Shown here one piece after another: positions 1 to 10,945 of a stretch of 64,000 nt of DNA. The translations under genes and the position numbers were made by a program. Location: assembly GCA_977862235.1 (NCBI GenBank), contig OZ374561.1, positions 1,984,001-2,048,000 of the forward strand, in the 5' to 3' direction. The DNA comes from Dudresnaya verticillata. Lineage: Eukaryota. The notes below the pieces were generated by a model. The model saw only the letters and a program-made list of their open reading frames with translations. It made no database searches and had not been told where the DNA came from. Position 1 is the first letter of the stretch; every line of letters starts with the position of its first letter.

Positions 1-554
1 CTAGTACTTAATATGAACTGTTACTAGCTTGCGGGCTCTACTGAAAGCAGCAGTTGCAGCGTGGAGAGGGCTAAAGCATTTGAATGTTAATAAAACTATC
101 CGATCGGTGGCCTCATGGAGCTATCAAAGTACACTTAGTTCGGGTTTTGAAAGAATGAAGTTTGAAAAATCTGCGCTTAAGTTCAGAAATGATGCAAGCT
201 ACGTTCGAGGTGGGTTCGAACTGGACACGTAACTGAGCATTGCGATCTCGCTAGCGAATAGCAGCAATCGATGCATCTCTGAACTATTGCAGATTGTAGA
301 TGATAATTCGGGCTTTAAGCTTGTGTGTGCTTCAAACAGGCTGAGACCGATTATCAATTGGGTGTTGAATGGGTGTATGGACTATTTTACAGCAGGCACT
401 GATGCCAGGACATGTTCGTCTTTGTACACACAAAATTTCAGACCCCTTGCGAAATCCCATGCGACAATATTGTCATATTGTCTAGTTCTGAAGAAAAAGC
501 TTCTTCGGTACTTTTGTGTCCTTGTAAAGTACTTTGAGCTGTACATTACAATTC

Positions 555-941
555 TCATGCTAGAAGGTGCATGTTAGCGCCCCTGGAAAACACTCTCGTA
601 AGCCTGCCGTCGGCGTCGCTAGCTATAGGTGGGGTTGTTGGACCGCCCGTTCGAAGCTCTGCACAGGCGGGTATTAATAGAGCCTGTGTCGAAGAGACCG
701 TATTACGGCACGATTGACCTTGGTGCGCTCGTTGTTCCTTCCGTGCTCGCTTCTCCTTCTTCTTCTCCTCCGCCTTCCTGTCGACCTTTTCGCCGATATC
801 ATCAGCGTTCACCAACGCTTCAGTTGCCAAGAAGCCAGTATCAAAAGGTGCCATAAGCACGCCACCGACGATCACGGCGACCTTGGCCACCTTGCCGCGG
901 ACGCCCATCTTCTCCGTGCTTTGCCCTGATTGCTCCGACAT
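555..941 (-). CDS. Small hypothetical protein with a hydrophobic segment and a charged Lys/Glu-rich stretch; 3' structure uncertain, possibly spliced
   Basis: ATG-initiated 128-aa ORF with VAKVAVIVGGVLMAPF then DRKAEEKKKEKRARKEQ; TATA-like TATATA about 140 bp upstream (1075-1080); no family recognised. Confidence 0.4.
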   Translation of the reverse strand: MSEQSGQSTEKMGVRGKVAKVAVIVGGVLMAPFDTGFLATEALVNADDIGEKVDRKAEEKKKEKRARKEQRAHQGQSCRNTVSSTQALLIPACAELRTGGPTTPPIASDADGRLTRVFSRGANMHLLA

Positions 942-2369
942 GGTGCAGTTGAGAGATTTGTTCGAGAGGAGTCGAGAAAAGCCCGGAAGCTGAAGTTGCT
1001 GTTTCTGCTGCTATTGCTTTGTGCAAGCTGTGTGTGCAGACACTCCGGGATTGCAGGGCGCCGTGTGTGCTCAATATATACACTTCGAAACCGCCGTGGT
1101 CTGCAGTAGGGGGGGCCTAGGAGCAGCCCGGTCGGTGCAATGCGTTGTTTTCAGTTTGCCCCGTGCCACGCAGCACTGATCGCTCGGTCAGATCCAGCAA
1201 GCTCGCCGTAGTGCGCAAGCTCGCCGTAGTGCGGCATGCGTGACGCAGGCGCAAAGGTGACGAATTTTGCACAGGTTGTTTGCATGAAGCATTTGGCCAA
1301 CCGCAGTACGAGATTTCGCGCGCGCCGTGGGTCCAACCAGGCTGTACCCTCCTCTTGTACCCGCCGGTGCCCTCATACCGTTGTTTGCATTGTTGCTTGT
1401 GCACCTGCTTTGCAATGCCCGAATATCCTTGTCCGACATGGCAACCGCCAGCTTCGGCACACCGCGAAACGTCAGACTGTTTTGCCTCATGAATAGGACA
1501 AGGCGATTTCCGGTTGGATCTTTCTTGCGGTCTTCACAGCTCTGTGATGAGAGGATGCGACAACATGTGCGAAGCGGTATGGTCACCGTGTTCTTCCGCT
1601 TGCAAGGTTTCTTGCACCACTGTGCACGCCCCGCCCAGTGTTGGACAAGGCACGTACTCATGGTACGTTTTTGAGACCAACCTTTTTAGAGTCAGACCGT
1701 TGTTGAGAATTTCGTAGCTATAGCGGAACAGAGCTATTCTGCTTGTTATTCCGATAGTATCGCACTGGGTTCTCAGAGAATTCAGACTGCCCAACTGACA
1801 AGGTGAGCTCTATCTCCTTTGCTGTGTCGGGCTGCTTAGCAATCAATCAGGCTAGCAGCCGCTGCTATCCTGATTGCGCCACAGGTGGTAGAATCGACTG
1901 TAGAATGCCCAGGGCTAGCAAGTTGTAACAACAGCGGTGCCGTCTGAACTCCTCATATCCCACAGGGCGAAGGATACCTTTCTTATGATTTCGACTTGCC
2001 TGAATGGGATGCATAGTACCACTGGTTTTAATCCACTGCCTGCCCCAACTTGAAATCAAGTACAACATTCTCTCACAATATGGCCTGGACAGGACATTAT
2101 TTGTAGTGGGAAAGGTCACTTCACATGTTTTCATAGATTCTGTCAAACTGCACTATGTTCAAAAGGAGCCAGTTCGAATGAAGCGACTTGCTTTTGTAGA
2201 TCAAGAGAAACGGTACAAAGAGGCGACGTTTTACTGTCGCGATTCACTCCAGTGCTTTCAAGAAAAGATAAAACGCCAGGGACCTGTCCACTTCCAAGCA
2301 AATGGAAGGCAATTACGACACAAACTATTTAGTTTACCAAGCCGCTAGACTGCGAAAAAATCCCGCAGT

Positions 2370-2670
2370 CAGACGTACCCTTATACACGCATATATTGTT
2401 GAGCATCGCTATGATTCTGAAGGCATGACCCATTTTCGATTGCAAGCTTTGGTAAGATGCACTGACTGACACAGGGTGTCCGCATCATCTTCAATGCTAT
2501 CATATTTGTTCTGCATCCACGACTCCTCTCCCAAATTAACACAGTTGGTACTATAAGCGACCCTCATAGACCGAGACCTTTTCCTTCTTTATGTGGTGTT
2601 TGTCGTTTTACAGCAAGGCCTTCTTCTCCTGAAGAGCTGTCCGTTTTCTCGGGATACTAAACTTTTATAC
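2370..2670 (+). mobile_element. Possible highly decayed Ty3/Gypsy-like pol fragment
   Basis: 2642-2668 translates RFLGILNFY, preceded across a frameshift by PSSPEEL (cf. Ty3 'ELRRFLGxxNFY'); ~2371-2395 reads QTYPYTRI (cf. 'DxYPLPRI'); many stops, no LTR seen. Confidence 0.2.
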
Positions 2671-3510
2671 GGACCGCACCAATATTCATTCCGTGAGAGA
2701 GGTCTATCTCTAAGAACGGTACAGCTGCTGCATAAAGATGGTTCCTGAGGAAGCTGCAAAGGGGAGAAAATCCCAAAAGGTTGGTAGAAATACTGCGGTT
2801 ACAACATTGCTCCACTGTGAGAAGCTAGCGATCCACCGTGGTCATGCTGGCTGCAAAATATCCTCGGAATTAGGTTTTGAACAAAAGAACGCATGTTTAT
2901 GAGACGTTTCTTGCGTTGGCAAACGTTAACGCTAAGTGACAGTCTTCTTCTCTTGTCTTCACTCAGCTCCTACGACAAGGTGTTTGGGTCCTGTTTTCAA
3001 ACGCAGTGAGTCAACATCGAAGAGAAGCGTCCCATCATTTTTTCTTATTCTGTATGCTCTACCTGTCCAGGCCTCCTGTGAAGTGGCACGAACCTGTGTG
3101 TAGAATGAGACGAGGCAAGGAATAGCATTCGGCGCATGAGAATAGCCGAAAAAGATCCTTTCCTATGGCGGAGCAAATAATATAATGAATTGTACTGTGC
3201 AATTGCATTACGTGGAAATAACAGTACAATTTTGCCTTTTTATGAGAGTCGTCATGCGACGGATTCGTGCACCACATAGTAGGAAGTAACAGTACGGTTT
3301 GCGAGGCAATAAATCCTGCGACTCCAGCATTTCGTGTATCAGGTTTTGCCCTGCGTCAAAAAAGCGGTCTCATCTGGGGTCGAGAAACGCCCTCTTGCGC
3401 CCTCGCAAGGAGCTGTAGCTTCCAGCGCCAATCTCGTCTCCCTTGGCGGAATTCGAGACAACCAACATCAATTCCTTTGGCCCAGAACTACGACTCGCGT
3501 GTGGCAAGTG

Positions 3511-4503
3511 ATGCCGCCCTCTACGGATGATGAGAAAAAGGATGAGGCCAAGCGCCTGCTCGCGGCAGTGTTCAGCAAACTCTCCCACCCGGCGGCATCG
3601 GGCCTTCCGCTGTACAAGCCGCAGGCCATGGACATAGTAATCTCTACGTATCCCAAATCTGGAACTACGCTTCTCCAAAACATGGCATACCAGATTGCAG
3701 TAGCAACAGGTGGCGCACCACCCTTCGACCCCACCGGCACCAGCTTCGCAGATATTCAGGATGTGGTTCCCTGGCTTGACTTCGGCCCAGAGTTCGGAGT
3801 GATGGAATGTCCAACCAGTCCACGCATGTTCAAGACCCATACCCCGATTAATGCGTTCGACATCACCAAAGCAAAGTTCATATACTGCATTCGCAATCCA
3901 TTCGACATTCCTGCCAGCTGGCTCGATTTCTTGCTGGAGTGGTCTTTGGGCATGGAAGTTACTGATCCAGAAGTTCGAGAGCAAATCTTTCATGACTACG
4001 TTCGGGTACGAATACTAGGCAACTGTGGTGTGGGCGCTGATGAAACATTAAGCGAGTCTGAAAGAGGATCACCAGGGTCATGGTTTGGACACGTGAAGGC
4101 CGCCGTCTCAGCCTCGCAAAAGAACGTGATGCTCCTGATATACGAAGATGTTTGTTTAGATCTTCAAGGGACTGCTCAGAAAATAGCGAGGTTTATGGGA
4201 CGTAAACTTTCCAACGCAGCCCTGCAAACGGTTGTGGAGCGGTGTGGCAGAGACGTCATGGCTTCGGATATCCGATTTCGTTGTAACCACGCTGCAAATT
4301 TGTTTGGGTTCGGGCCAAACGGAGGAATGAAAGCAAGGGCTGCAAATAGCCCTGGATTTAAGGGAACAAACTTTGAAGAATCTTCGGTCAAGGCCTGTGC
4401 GGAAATGATGGAGGCAACCTTTGGGATCGCCAACTATGCTGAACTCTGCAAGATGGTTCGTAAGATTCAAGAGTCTGTGGACTCCTGTGATGCGTTTTCG
4501 TAG
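3511..4503 (+). CDS. PAPS-dependent sulfotransferase (Sulfotransfer_1/SULT-like)
   Basis: 5'-PSB motif DIVISTYPKSGTT, catalytic-His segment SPRMFKTH, 3'-PB motif IYCIRNPFDIPASW, then WFGHV and LIYED; first ATG of the ORF at 3511. Confidence 0.9.
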   Translation: MPPSTDDEKKDEAKRLLAAVFSKLSHPAASGLPLYKPQAMDIVISTYPKSGTTLLQNMAYQIAVATGGAPPFDPTGTSFADIQDVVPWLDFGPEFGVMECPTSPRMFKTHTPINAFDITKAKFIYCIRNPFDIPASWLDFLLEWSLGMEVTDPEVREQIFHDYVRVRILGNCGVGADETLSESERGSPGSWFGHVKAAVSASQKNVMLLIYEDVCLDLQGTAQKIARFMGRKLSNAALQTVVERCGRDVMASDIRFRCNHAANLFGFGPNGGMKARAANSPGFKGTNFEESSVKACAEMMEATFGIANYAELCKMVRKIQESVDSCDAFS

Positions 4504-6680
4504 TCGATGATATACACGAGACGCATTGCGTTGTTAGAAGCTCGCCTCATCATCTGTTCATCCAAATGTGAAACTAGCAGGATTGCTCTTGCACTTTTGA
4601 TGTTCCTTTCAGGCTAAGGGAACATGCTGGGGAGGAGGGCTTTTCTTTTCTTTTTTTATTGTCTGCATAATAGATTTGGAGCAGGCTTTGCTCACATGCA
4701 CAGATCCCTGAAAGTCCGGGCGAATTGAAGACCTGCAACTTCCTCTTGCTGGTGGTCGAATATGTCGCACCGATGGGGGGTAACCCACCTCATTCTTGCA
4801 CCTACGATACTGGTGTGCGGCGCATGAAGGTGTGACTGTTGCCAAAGCTGCAGAGCCTGCCCCGGAGAAGTAGTGAATCCAGACGCAAGACGACGCAGCA
4901 CTGCTTCGTGACTGAGCAGTTAAATTTGTATTTCTTCTTTCAGCCGCGGACCAGGAAAGATAACGGAGTGACATGGGGCAACAGATACAAAAAATGCGCC
5001 TCGTCCGTCGTTTCCCCTGCCAGCAGTGAACCGTTCGCAGTTGAGCTGCAAGAGCAGGGCAGTGGTGGTAGTACTTCTGTATATATCTTCTATGCACTGT
5101 CGTATCCAACGGTTGGTAGTAATCCGACATTCAACAACAATACAGTGGAGTTCTCAGGCACTGTGTGCAACAGACCAGAATCAGCTGTCGTAAAGAGCCA
5201 GGAATGAGCAACGCCCTACACTAAGGCATCTGTCCAGGGCTGAGTAGGCGGTCTTTTCTCGGGCGCCCAGAAGACACAAGCCTATTCTGCAGGTATCAGT
5301 CTGGTGGTCATTGGTAGTTTCGCTCGACCGAAGAAGATGTTGCCATACTACTGTAGGCGAGTGAATGCGTGTCTCAAAGGGAGTTGTCCTTGTTGTGCAA
5401 TCCTACCGTAGAGCAGTACTGTAGTTGCGGGCTTTCTCTGTTTGCATCGGGAAGCCGCATCATGCGGAGACTGATTCGCTGTACGCCATGGACCGATCAC
5501 ATCAGGTGGGACCAGCGGTACAATGTCGAATATGCGCAATGTGATTGGGATTTATGGCGTTGCTGGGCGGCCTTTCTTGGCGATACGGAACAGACTGCCC
5601 GCTGGAGCACGTCAACTTTATCTGCTGCACTGAAATGTTTCTAGCTGGCGGTGGTCGCGCCATCTTACGAGCAACGCGAGGAGAAGACTCCGAAGCGGCA
5701 TGCAAACAGTGCATTGACACTGCGCAAGAGAGCTATCGTCGGAAAGTTGCTAAAATTCAACTAGGGCGGCAGACCTGCAGCGGCAAGAATTACTGTTGGC
5801 ACTGGGGGCTTTATCGGTCACAATTTTTTTTTTTTTTTCTGGAGTCGGAAAGAAAAATGCCCGTGGTTGTTTGCGGGATGGAAACGGGTTTCAGCTTCTG
5901 TTTTCCCCCTGAGCGTGAGCTGGTGGGCGGGCCGCAAGACCTGAAAGACTAAAGAAACGCCTCCCGAGGTCATGATAGGTGCTACAAAGCCAAAGTTGGT
6001 GCTGTCCAGAAAAACGACGACCAAAGCGCGGAGGTTTGACGGGGCGATTTGTTGCGTCAAGTGAAGCTTCTGTTTCCGTTTCAGCCTTGCCACACGACGG
6101 CGGTGCCGCTTTGTTGAAGGTGGCCGCCCCTTCCACGAGAGGGGCAGACCGGGACGGGCGGCTGGCTATTTAAAGTCGATCGACTCACTCTGGGCGACGG
6201 ATCGCACGCGGCCGGACCCCGCAATGGCGAGGACACGACGGCTGCATTACAGAGCGGCTCGAAGCTCTTGGCGCCGAGCGCAAGGAAACAGAGCACCGAT
6301 CTGCCTGTGCCGTCAGATATTTATTATTTTCTGCCCAATGCGAAATATGCAGCCCAACCGCCGACTTACAGCTCCGCCGCACAAGCGCACGCCGCTCGCT
6401 TCCCAATTGGCGACCACCACCAATCTGCGATGAACCGCCCTCCCGTTCCATGCCCTCCAGAGCGCTCCTGCTGGCCCCCATCTCTTGAGAGCCGCCCTTT
6501 CTCACTGCCTGCTCCTCGCCGAAGCCCCGCCTCTCCCACGCTCTCCCCCGCCATTCGTCCTGCCGCCGCGACCGTCTTCCCCCGTGTCCACCCGCGCCCC
6601 GCGTCTTGCCCGCCGCCTCGCCGCGCGCGCGCCACACCTCGTCCACCATCGCACCTCCGTCGCTCCCGGCCCCGCCCGTC

Positions 6681-7994
6681 ATGCCGCCGCCGCCGCCGCC
6701 GCCGCGCGTGCGCAAGCGCCAGCGTCCGCCCGCCGCCGTCGCGGACGACCCTCTGCACACGGACGAAGACGTCCGTGCCTCGGACGACCTTACCCCGCGC
6801 CCTGGCCAGGCAGAGCGCAAGCGCGAGCTCGAGCGCAACCGTCGCAATCTCGTTAACGTCCGCTTTGTCGAGCTTGAGGCCGAGCTCAGGCGCTGTATCC
6901 CGCGCCCTGACCCGTCCTCCACAGACAATGGCGCATCCGCCCTTGCAAAGGGAAAGCGCATCGATAAGGAGGCCGTACTTAAGGATGCGGCACAACGCCT
7001 CGCTGTGCAGCGGAAGGATCTTTCAGTTGCTGGGGAGCGCATGGCAGCCATGTCGGCCGAGATTCAGAATTTGCGCGCGGAGAAGGTCGAGCTCAGGGCA
7101 GATAAGAATTATCTCAGGTCGGAGCTTGAAACCGTACGCGGCGATGTCAAGCACCTGCGTTCGGATAATATTAACCTGTGGCAGGCCTTCAAGAAGGCCA
7201 GTACCTTCAAGGATGCTTTTGCACAGGACGTCGCCAAGATTCCGGCTGAAATCTTCATGCGCTCACCACCAGAGCAGCTCACGGGTGCCGCCACAGTTGC
7301 CAATGGCCTGGTGCAGCAAGTCGCCTCGATGCACGCAATGCCGACGGCGCATCAGCAGACCACCGCCCCGACCGCCCTCCCTAACGCTGTCGTGCCTCCG
7401 CAAGCCATCACTGAGCCACCGCCCCAGCCGCAGCAACAGCTAGGGCAGCAACATCAGCAAGCGGAGCATCGATCCCAACAGCAGCAAGACGGGCAAGCCG
7501 CTCAGCGCGACGGGCAAGCCGCTCAGCGCCTGGTCCGAACATCTTCACCGATGGTTAGTGATAGTCAGTCGCGTGAAGTGCAAACACCAGCACTACAAGC
7601 TCATGGACCATCTCAAGAACAGAACGAACCAGTGCAGTCAGATTCCTTCCTGATCCTGCAGTCACCGGAGGAGCTTGGGGAGTTTTTCAGCACCTACGTT
7701 CCAGGTGCAATGGGTGCGAACTTTCAGAACGCGACATCCACGCAATCAGAGCCAATACAAAACTCCAACAACCAGAGATTTGCTGCAATGGTTGGCTTAT
7801 CACCGACCAATGCCCCACCAACACCAGCTCTCAACCAGACACAGTTGCAGCAGGAAACGGCACCAACTTCAAAGGGCGACACAGGCAGTCAACAGAATCC
7901 GTTCAACCTGGTCGTGGACGAGACAGGAAGTTCCTCCCCAAAACTTGAGAAAGATGAAGAACCGGTTTCTTCGGATGTGGCCTATTGTGTATAG
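6681..7994 (+). CDS. bHLH-leucine-zipper transcription factor resembling plant subgroup IVb/IVc (ILR3-like)
   Basis: Basic/helix 1 ERKRELERNRRNLVNVRFVEL, helix 2 RIDKEAVLKDA, zipper IQNLRAEKVELRADKNYLRSELE, Gln-rich C-terminal region; ATG at 6681. Confidence 0.85.
   Translation: MPPPPPPPRVRKRQRPPAAVADDPLHTDEDVRASDDLTPRPGQAERKRELERNRRNLVNVRFVELEAELRRCIPRPDPSSTDNGASALAKGKRIDKEAVLKDAAQRLAVQRKDLSVAGERMAAMSAEIQNLRAEKVELRADKNYLRSELETVRGDVKHLRSDNINLWQAFKKASTFKDAFAQDVAKIPAEIFMRSPPEQLTGAATVANGLVQQVASMHAMPTAHQQTTAPTALPNAVVPPQAITEPPPQPQQQLGQQHQQAEHRSQQQQDGQAAQRDGQAAQRLVRTSSPMVSDSQSREVQTPALQAHGPSQEQNEPVQSDSFLILQSPEELGEFFSTYVPGAMGANFQNATSTQSEPIQNSNNQRFAAMVGLSPTNAPPTPALNQTQLQQETAPTSKGDTGSQQNPFNLVVDETGSSSPKLEKDEEPVSSDVAYCV
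7488..7529 (+). repeat. Perfect 21-bp tandem duplication in the bHLH CDS (DGQAAQR x2)
   Basis: gacgggcaagccgctcagcgc occurs twice in tandem. Confidence 0.9.
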
Positions 7995-8710
7995 CATAGA
8001 GATTTTGGTCAGACCAGTTTGTTATGGAGAGCCTGTACAATTCTTCAAGTTGATGGATCCGCCATGAACATTTCTAGAGCGAATGCAACGTCGCATGGGG
8101 TGGAGAAGGCGGAAGTGACGGAGTATTTGGCAGCAATTGAAGAGCATCTGGTCTGGCATGACGCTCGATATTATCAACGGCTTGCCGAGCTCAACCTATG
8201 TCTGAGGGCCTAGAGTTGCAGATTCATATGTACTGCGCGCGCAGGATATGTGGCATGTTCTGTTTATTTTTTGTTCGCGTTTGATGACGCTTCGGAGCGA
8301 CATCACTTACCCGCGCTCTCGGGGGTAACGGAGGTATCCTTGCAGTGCAACAAGCGCTGCGATGGGGGACTACGGCGAAGAAGGCTCTAGTCCATATTAT
8401 TGTTTTCTACGTACTGGGAAAGCATGCGAGCCGGCTGCATGCACACCCTATCAGACTCGGTATTCGGCGTGAAGCCACTTGGTTGCGTAGGCTTGAGAAG
8501 GGCAATGTAGGATTCACTGGCTTTTGTTCAGATGCGGAAACGTGGGCTGGCCGAGAGCTACATGGGCCTCCAAAAAGCGGTGCTTGTGGACACCGTTCGT
8601 GTCGTCCTGCAGCTGCTGGTCGGGCTCGTGGCGTGTTGGGGATTTGCTTTGTCCATGCAAATAGAATAGGATGAGGCTTCGCAGGGAAGCCTAGACTTTG
8701 TTTATCATAT

Positions 8711-10231
8711 TTACCGTGATTTGTTTACTTGTCTTCCCCAATTTTGTATTGATGAGAAGGCTCCACGATGAAATTCCCTCTTCTTGAGTATTGAGTTGAG
8801 AATACTCGTGTTGTGTGCGAGCGCCTGTTCTACCTCGTCTACAAGAGGGGCATAATCTGGATGTGAAGCAAATGAGGATGTAGAATCGTTGTAGCCACTT
8901 GTCAGTAGGAAGTCCTCTAATATCTCCGACAGTTGTTGCAGCCTTTCAGTAAATACTCTGCTTTCCAGGATTTCAGTCTGGGGACCATCATCGACATGCA
9001 CTTCCTCTGCGCGGATAACTGCCGGGACTGCTTGAGACTCACTTTCGTACTTCGTATACTGTTCATCTGCCGTTGCACCCACACTATTGCTTGTCGTTGA
9101 AGCCTCTTCGGTCGCAGAGACGTTCTTGGGCACAATGTGACGCATCGAATCGAGAAGCGTTGTATACATCTCGACTTGCGTACCGGCAACCAGCTTGAAG
9201 CAAAGAACTCGAACACGCTGTTCTAGACAAATGCCTGCTATAGATTTCATGAACTCAATCAGTGCATTTCTTTGACATATCGTTTCCGAGTGTATAATTC
9301 CATGCAACTGTGGCCAAAGCAAATCCCTCGCTTTCTCTGCAGTTTGTTCACACTTCACTTGTAGGGCCTTTCTTCCCCTGCTCCGCAGGTCCTTGATGAG
9401 CGGATGCATCGTAGAGTTTGACATTTCGAGAAGCGCGAATCGGTGTAGCTGCAATGCTGCCAAGATCGCGTTTGTTCGGACCAGTTCTACCTCGCATAGG
9501 CATTGGTCTGCCTTCATGCTTCCATAGGACTTCACGAGGTCTGGAACAGACAATTGAAGCGGCGATGAAGGCAGTTGAGGTACCTCTTCTTGCCGAACGG
9601 CGTGCTTTGCTTCTACAAGCAAATCGTCACCTAGCGCGATTTCCTTCTCGACATATCCATCAACCGACTGTTCCGGACTGTGCTTAAATGATACGAGAGG
9701 GAGAGTACTTTCAAGCTCCTTAATTACCGCATCTGACTCATCAGGGTCCTCTTGAAGGTGACGGGTAAGTCTCGAAAGCCGGGAGCGCATCGTTTTGGGT
9801 GACCGCAAAACCTTTGACCTTCGGCACTTTTGACGCACAGCATCCCGAAGAATATCCTTCTGACTTGTTAGAAGCTCTAAGCGTTCCTTTGCAGCTAATA
9901 GTTCAGCGTCTTTTAGCTGCTGGATATTAGCTGAAGAGGTTGCACCAGCTAGGCATTCAGCAGTCTCGAACAGAATCTTGTCTGGCAGACTGCTCGCTTC
10001 ATCTCGCAGTGACCTGTACTGGGTGGCCTGTTCTGGACTCAAGACGCCGTCCGGCGACAAGGACGTACTGATGGCTTCCAACAGAGGCTTTGCGCTGGGA
10101 TACGAAAATAGCCACTCGAAGGTCTGGTCACGGGCTTGGCCGAACCCAAGGGTGGCGAGACTTTCAGCAAACGACTTTGTAGAGGCAGTGCTCCTTGTTG
10201 AGCCTCTTGAGACGGACGATTTGTAGCTCAT
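8711..10231 (-). CDS. HAUS3: Augmin/HAUS complex subunit 3-like
   Basis: N-terminus FAESLATLGF...TFEWLF...LLEAI...GVLSPEQATQY follows the HAUS3/AUG3 N-terminal pattern (F..L..LG...FDWLF...NVLS); the rest is coiled-coil-like. Confidence 0.7.
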   Translation of the reverse strand: MSYKSSVSRGSTRSTASTKSFAESLATLGFGQARDQTFEWLFSYPSAKPLLEAISTSLSPDGVLSPEQATQYRSLRDEASSLPDKILFETAECLAGATSSANIQQLKDAELLAAKERLELLTSQKDILRDAVRQKCRRSKVLRSPKTMRSRLSRLTRHLQEDPDESDAVIKELESTLPLVSFKHSPEQSVDGYVEKEIALGDDLLVEAKHAVRQEEVPQLPSSPLQLSVPDLVKSYGSMKADQCLCEVELVRTNAILAALQLHRFALLEMSNSTMHPLIKDLRSRGRKALQVKCEQTAEKARDLLWPQLHGIIHSETICQRNALIEFMKSIAGICLEQRVRVLCFKLVAGTQVEMYTTLLDSMRHIVPKNVSATEEASTTSNSVGATADEQYTKYESESQAVPAVIRAEEVHVDDGPQTEILESRVFTERLQQLSEILEDFLLTSGYNDSTSSFASHPDYAPLVDEVEQALAHNTSILNSILKKREFHRGAFSSIQNWGRQVNKSR

Positions 10232-10383
10232 GCTAGCGAGAAGCGGTGTGCATAGTACTGGAAGCCCGTCCGGTCCATATCCGCAGTAGCAAGACCTGGT
10301 GCCAGGCCACCAAAAGAGGGGGGCTCATCGGCGGAGAAGCGATGCGGCTGGGATGGTGCGCCGGTGGGTGCGCTGTTGGTTTT

Positions 10384-10410
10384 TTCGAATTCAAAGATTT
10401 TGGCGCGAAA
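10384..10410 (-). promoter_or_regulatory. Overlapping double E2F site plus two tandem CHR-like hexamers upstream of HAUS3
   Basis: Gene strand reads TTTCGCGCCAAA-ATC-TTTGAA-TTCGAA, 150-180 bp upstream of the ATG at 10231. Confidence 0.55.
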
Positions 10411-10945
10411 TTGGTTCGCATGCTTGCCTCGTTGCAAGAAAGTTGGAGGACACCATTTTCACATTCATTGCCGAGAACAATCTTCAACAAAACCTGAACA
10501 TGTGAGTGAACCTCTTGCGGTTCGACCAGTTGATGTCGACATTGCTGAGCATGAGTTTCTCAATGCTGATGAAATATCCAGAGGAATAAACCTTCATTTG
10601 CGTTGTGAATGAGGTAACATTGCTTCTTGATGGCCAAAGGGATGATTCTCATGTAAAGCGATGATCCGCCTAAGCACTGGTTCTCGGGAAGGCGCTTTCA
10701 ATTCGCTTGCGATTTATATCTCGGTTGTACTTTCGAACGGGCAAAGGAGCTTATTCTGCGTTGACAGTCTGTTCGCGGGTCACCTATGGGCGTAGCAGAT
10801 ATCCCCAGTCCTGTATCAGTTGAAGTAATTCGCGGACCGCATGAATAAAGAGCTGGTGGTGCTCTCATTCATTATAGCAACGATAGAGAAAATTCTGTTC
10901 GTAAATCTTGAAGAGTTTCTTGCCGTCGAGAATGTGAATACCCCA

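Noticed and set aside
205..230. GGGTTCGAA resembling a tRNA T-loop
   Set aside because: No complementary T-stem or cloverleaf
1197..1232. 18-bp tandem duplication, and short repeats at ~23160-23200 and ~23388-23436, as CRISPR-like arrays
   Set aside because: Only 2-4 adjacent units without unique spacers; ordinary slippage repeats
4839..5360. Protein-like stretch (YALSYPTVGSNPTF...) after an acceptor-like TTCTTTCAG, interrupted by stops
   Set aside because: Could be a pseudo-exon, but I cannot assign a family or a start codon
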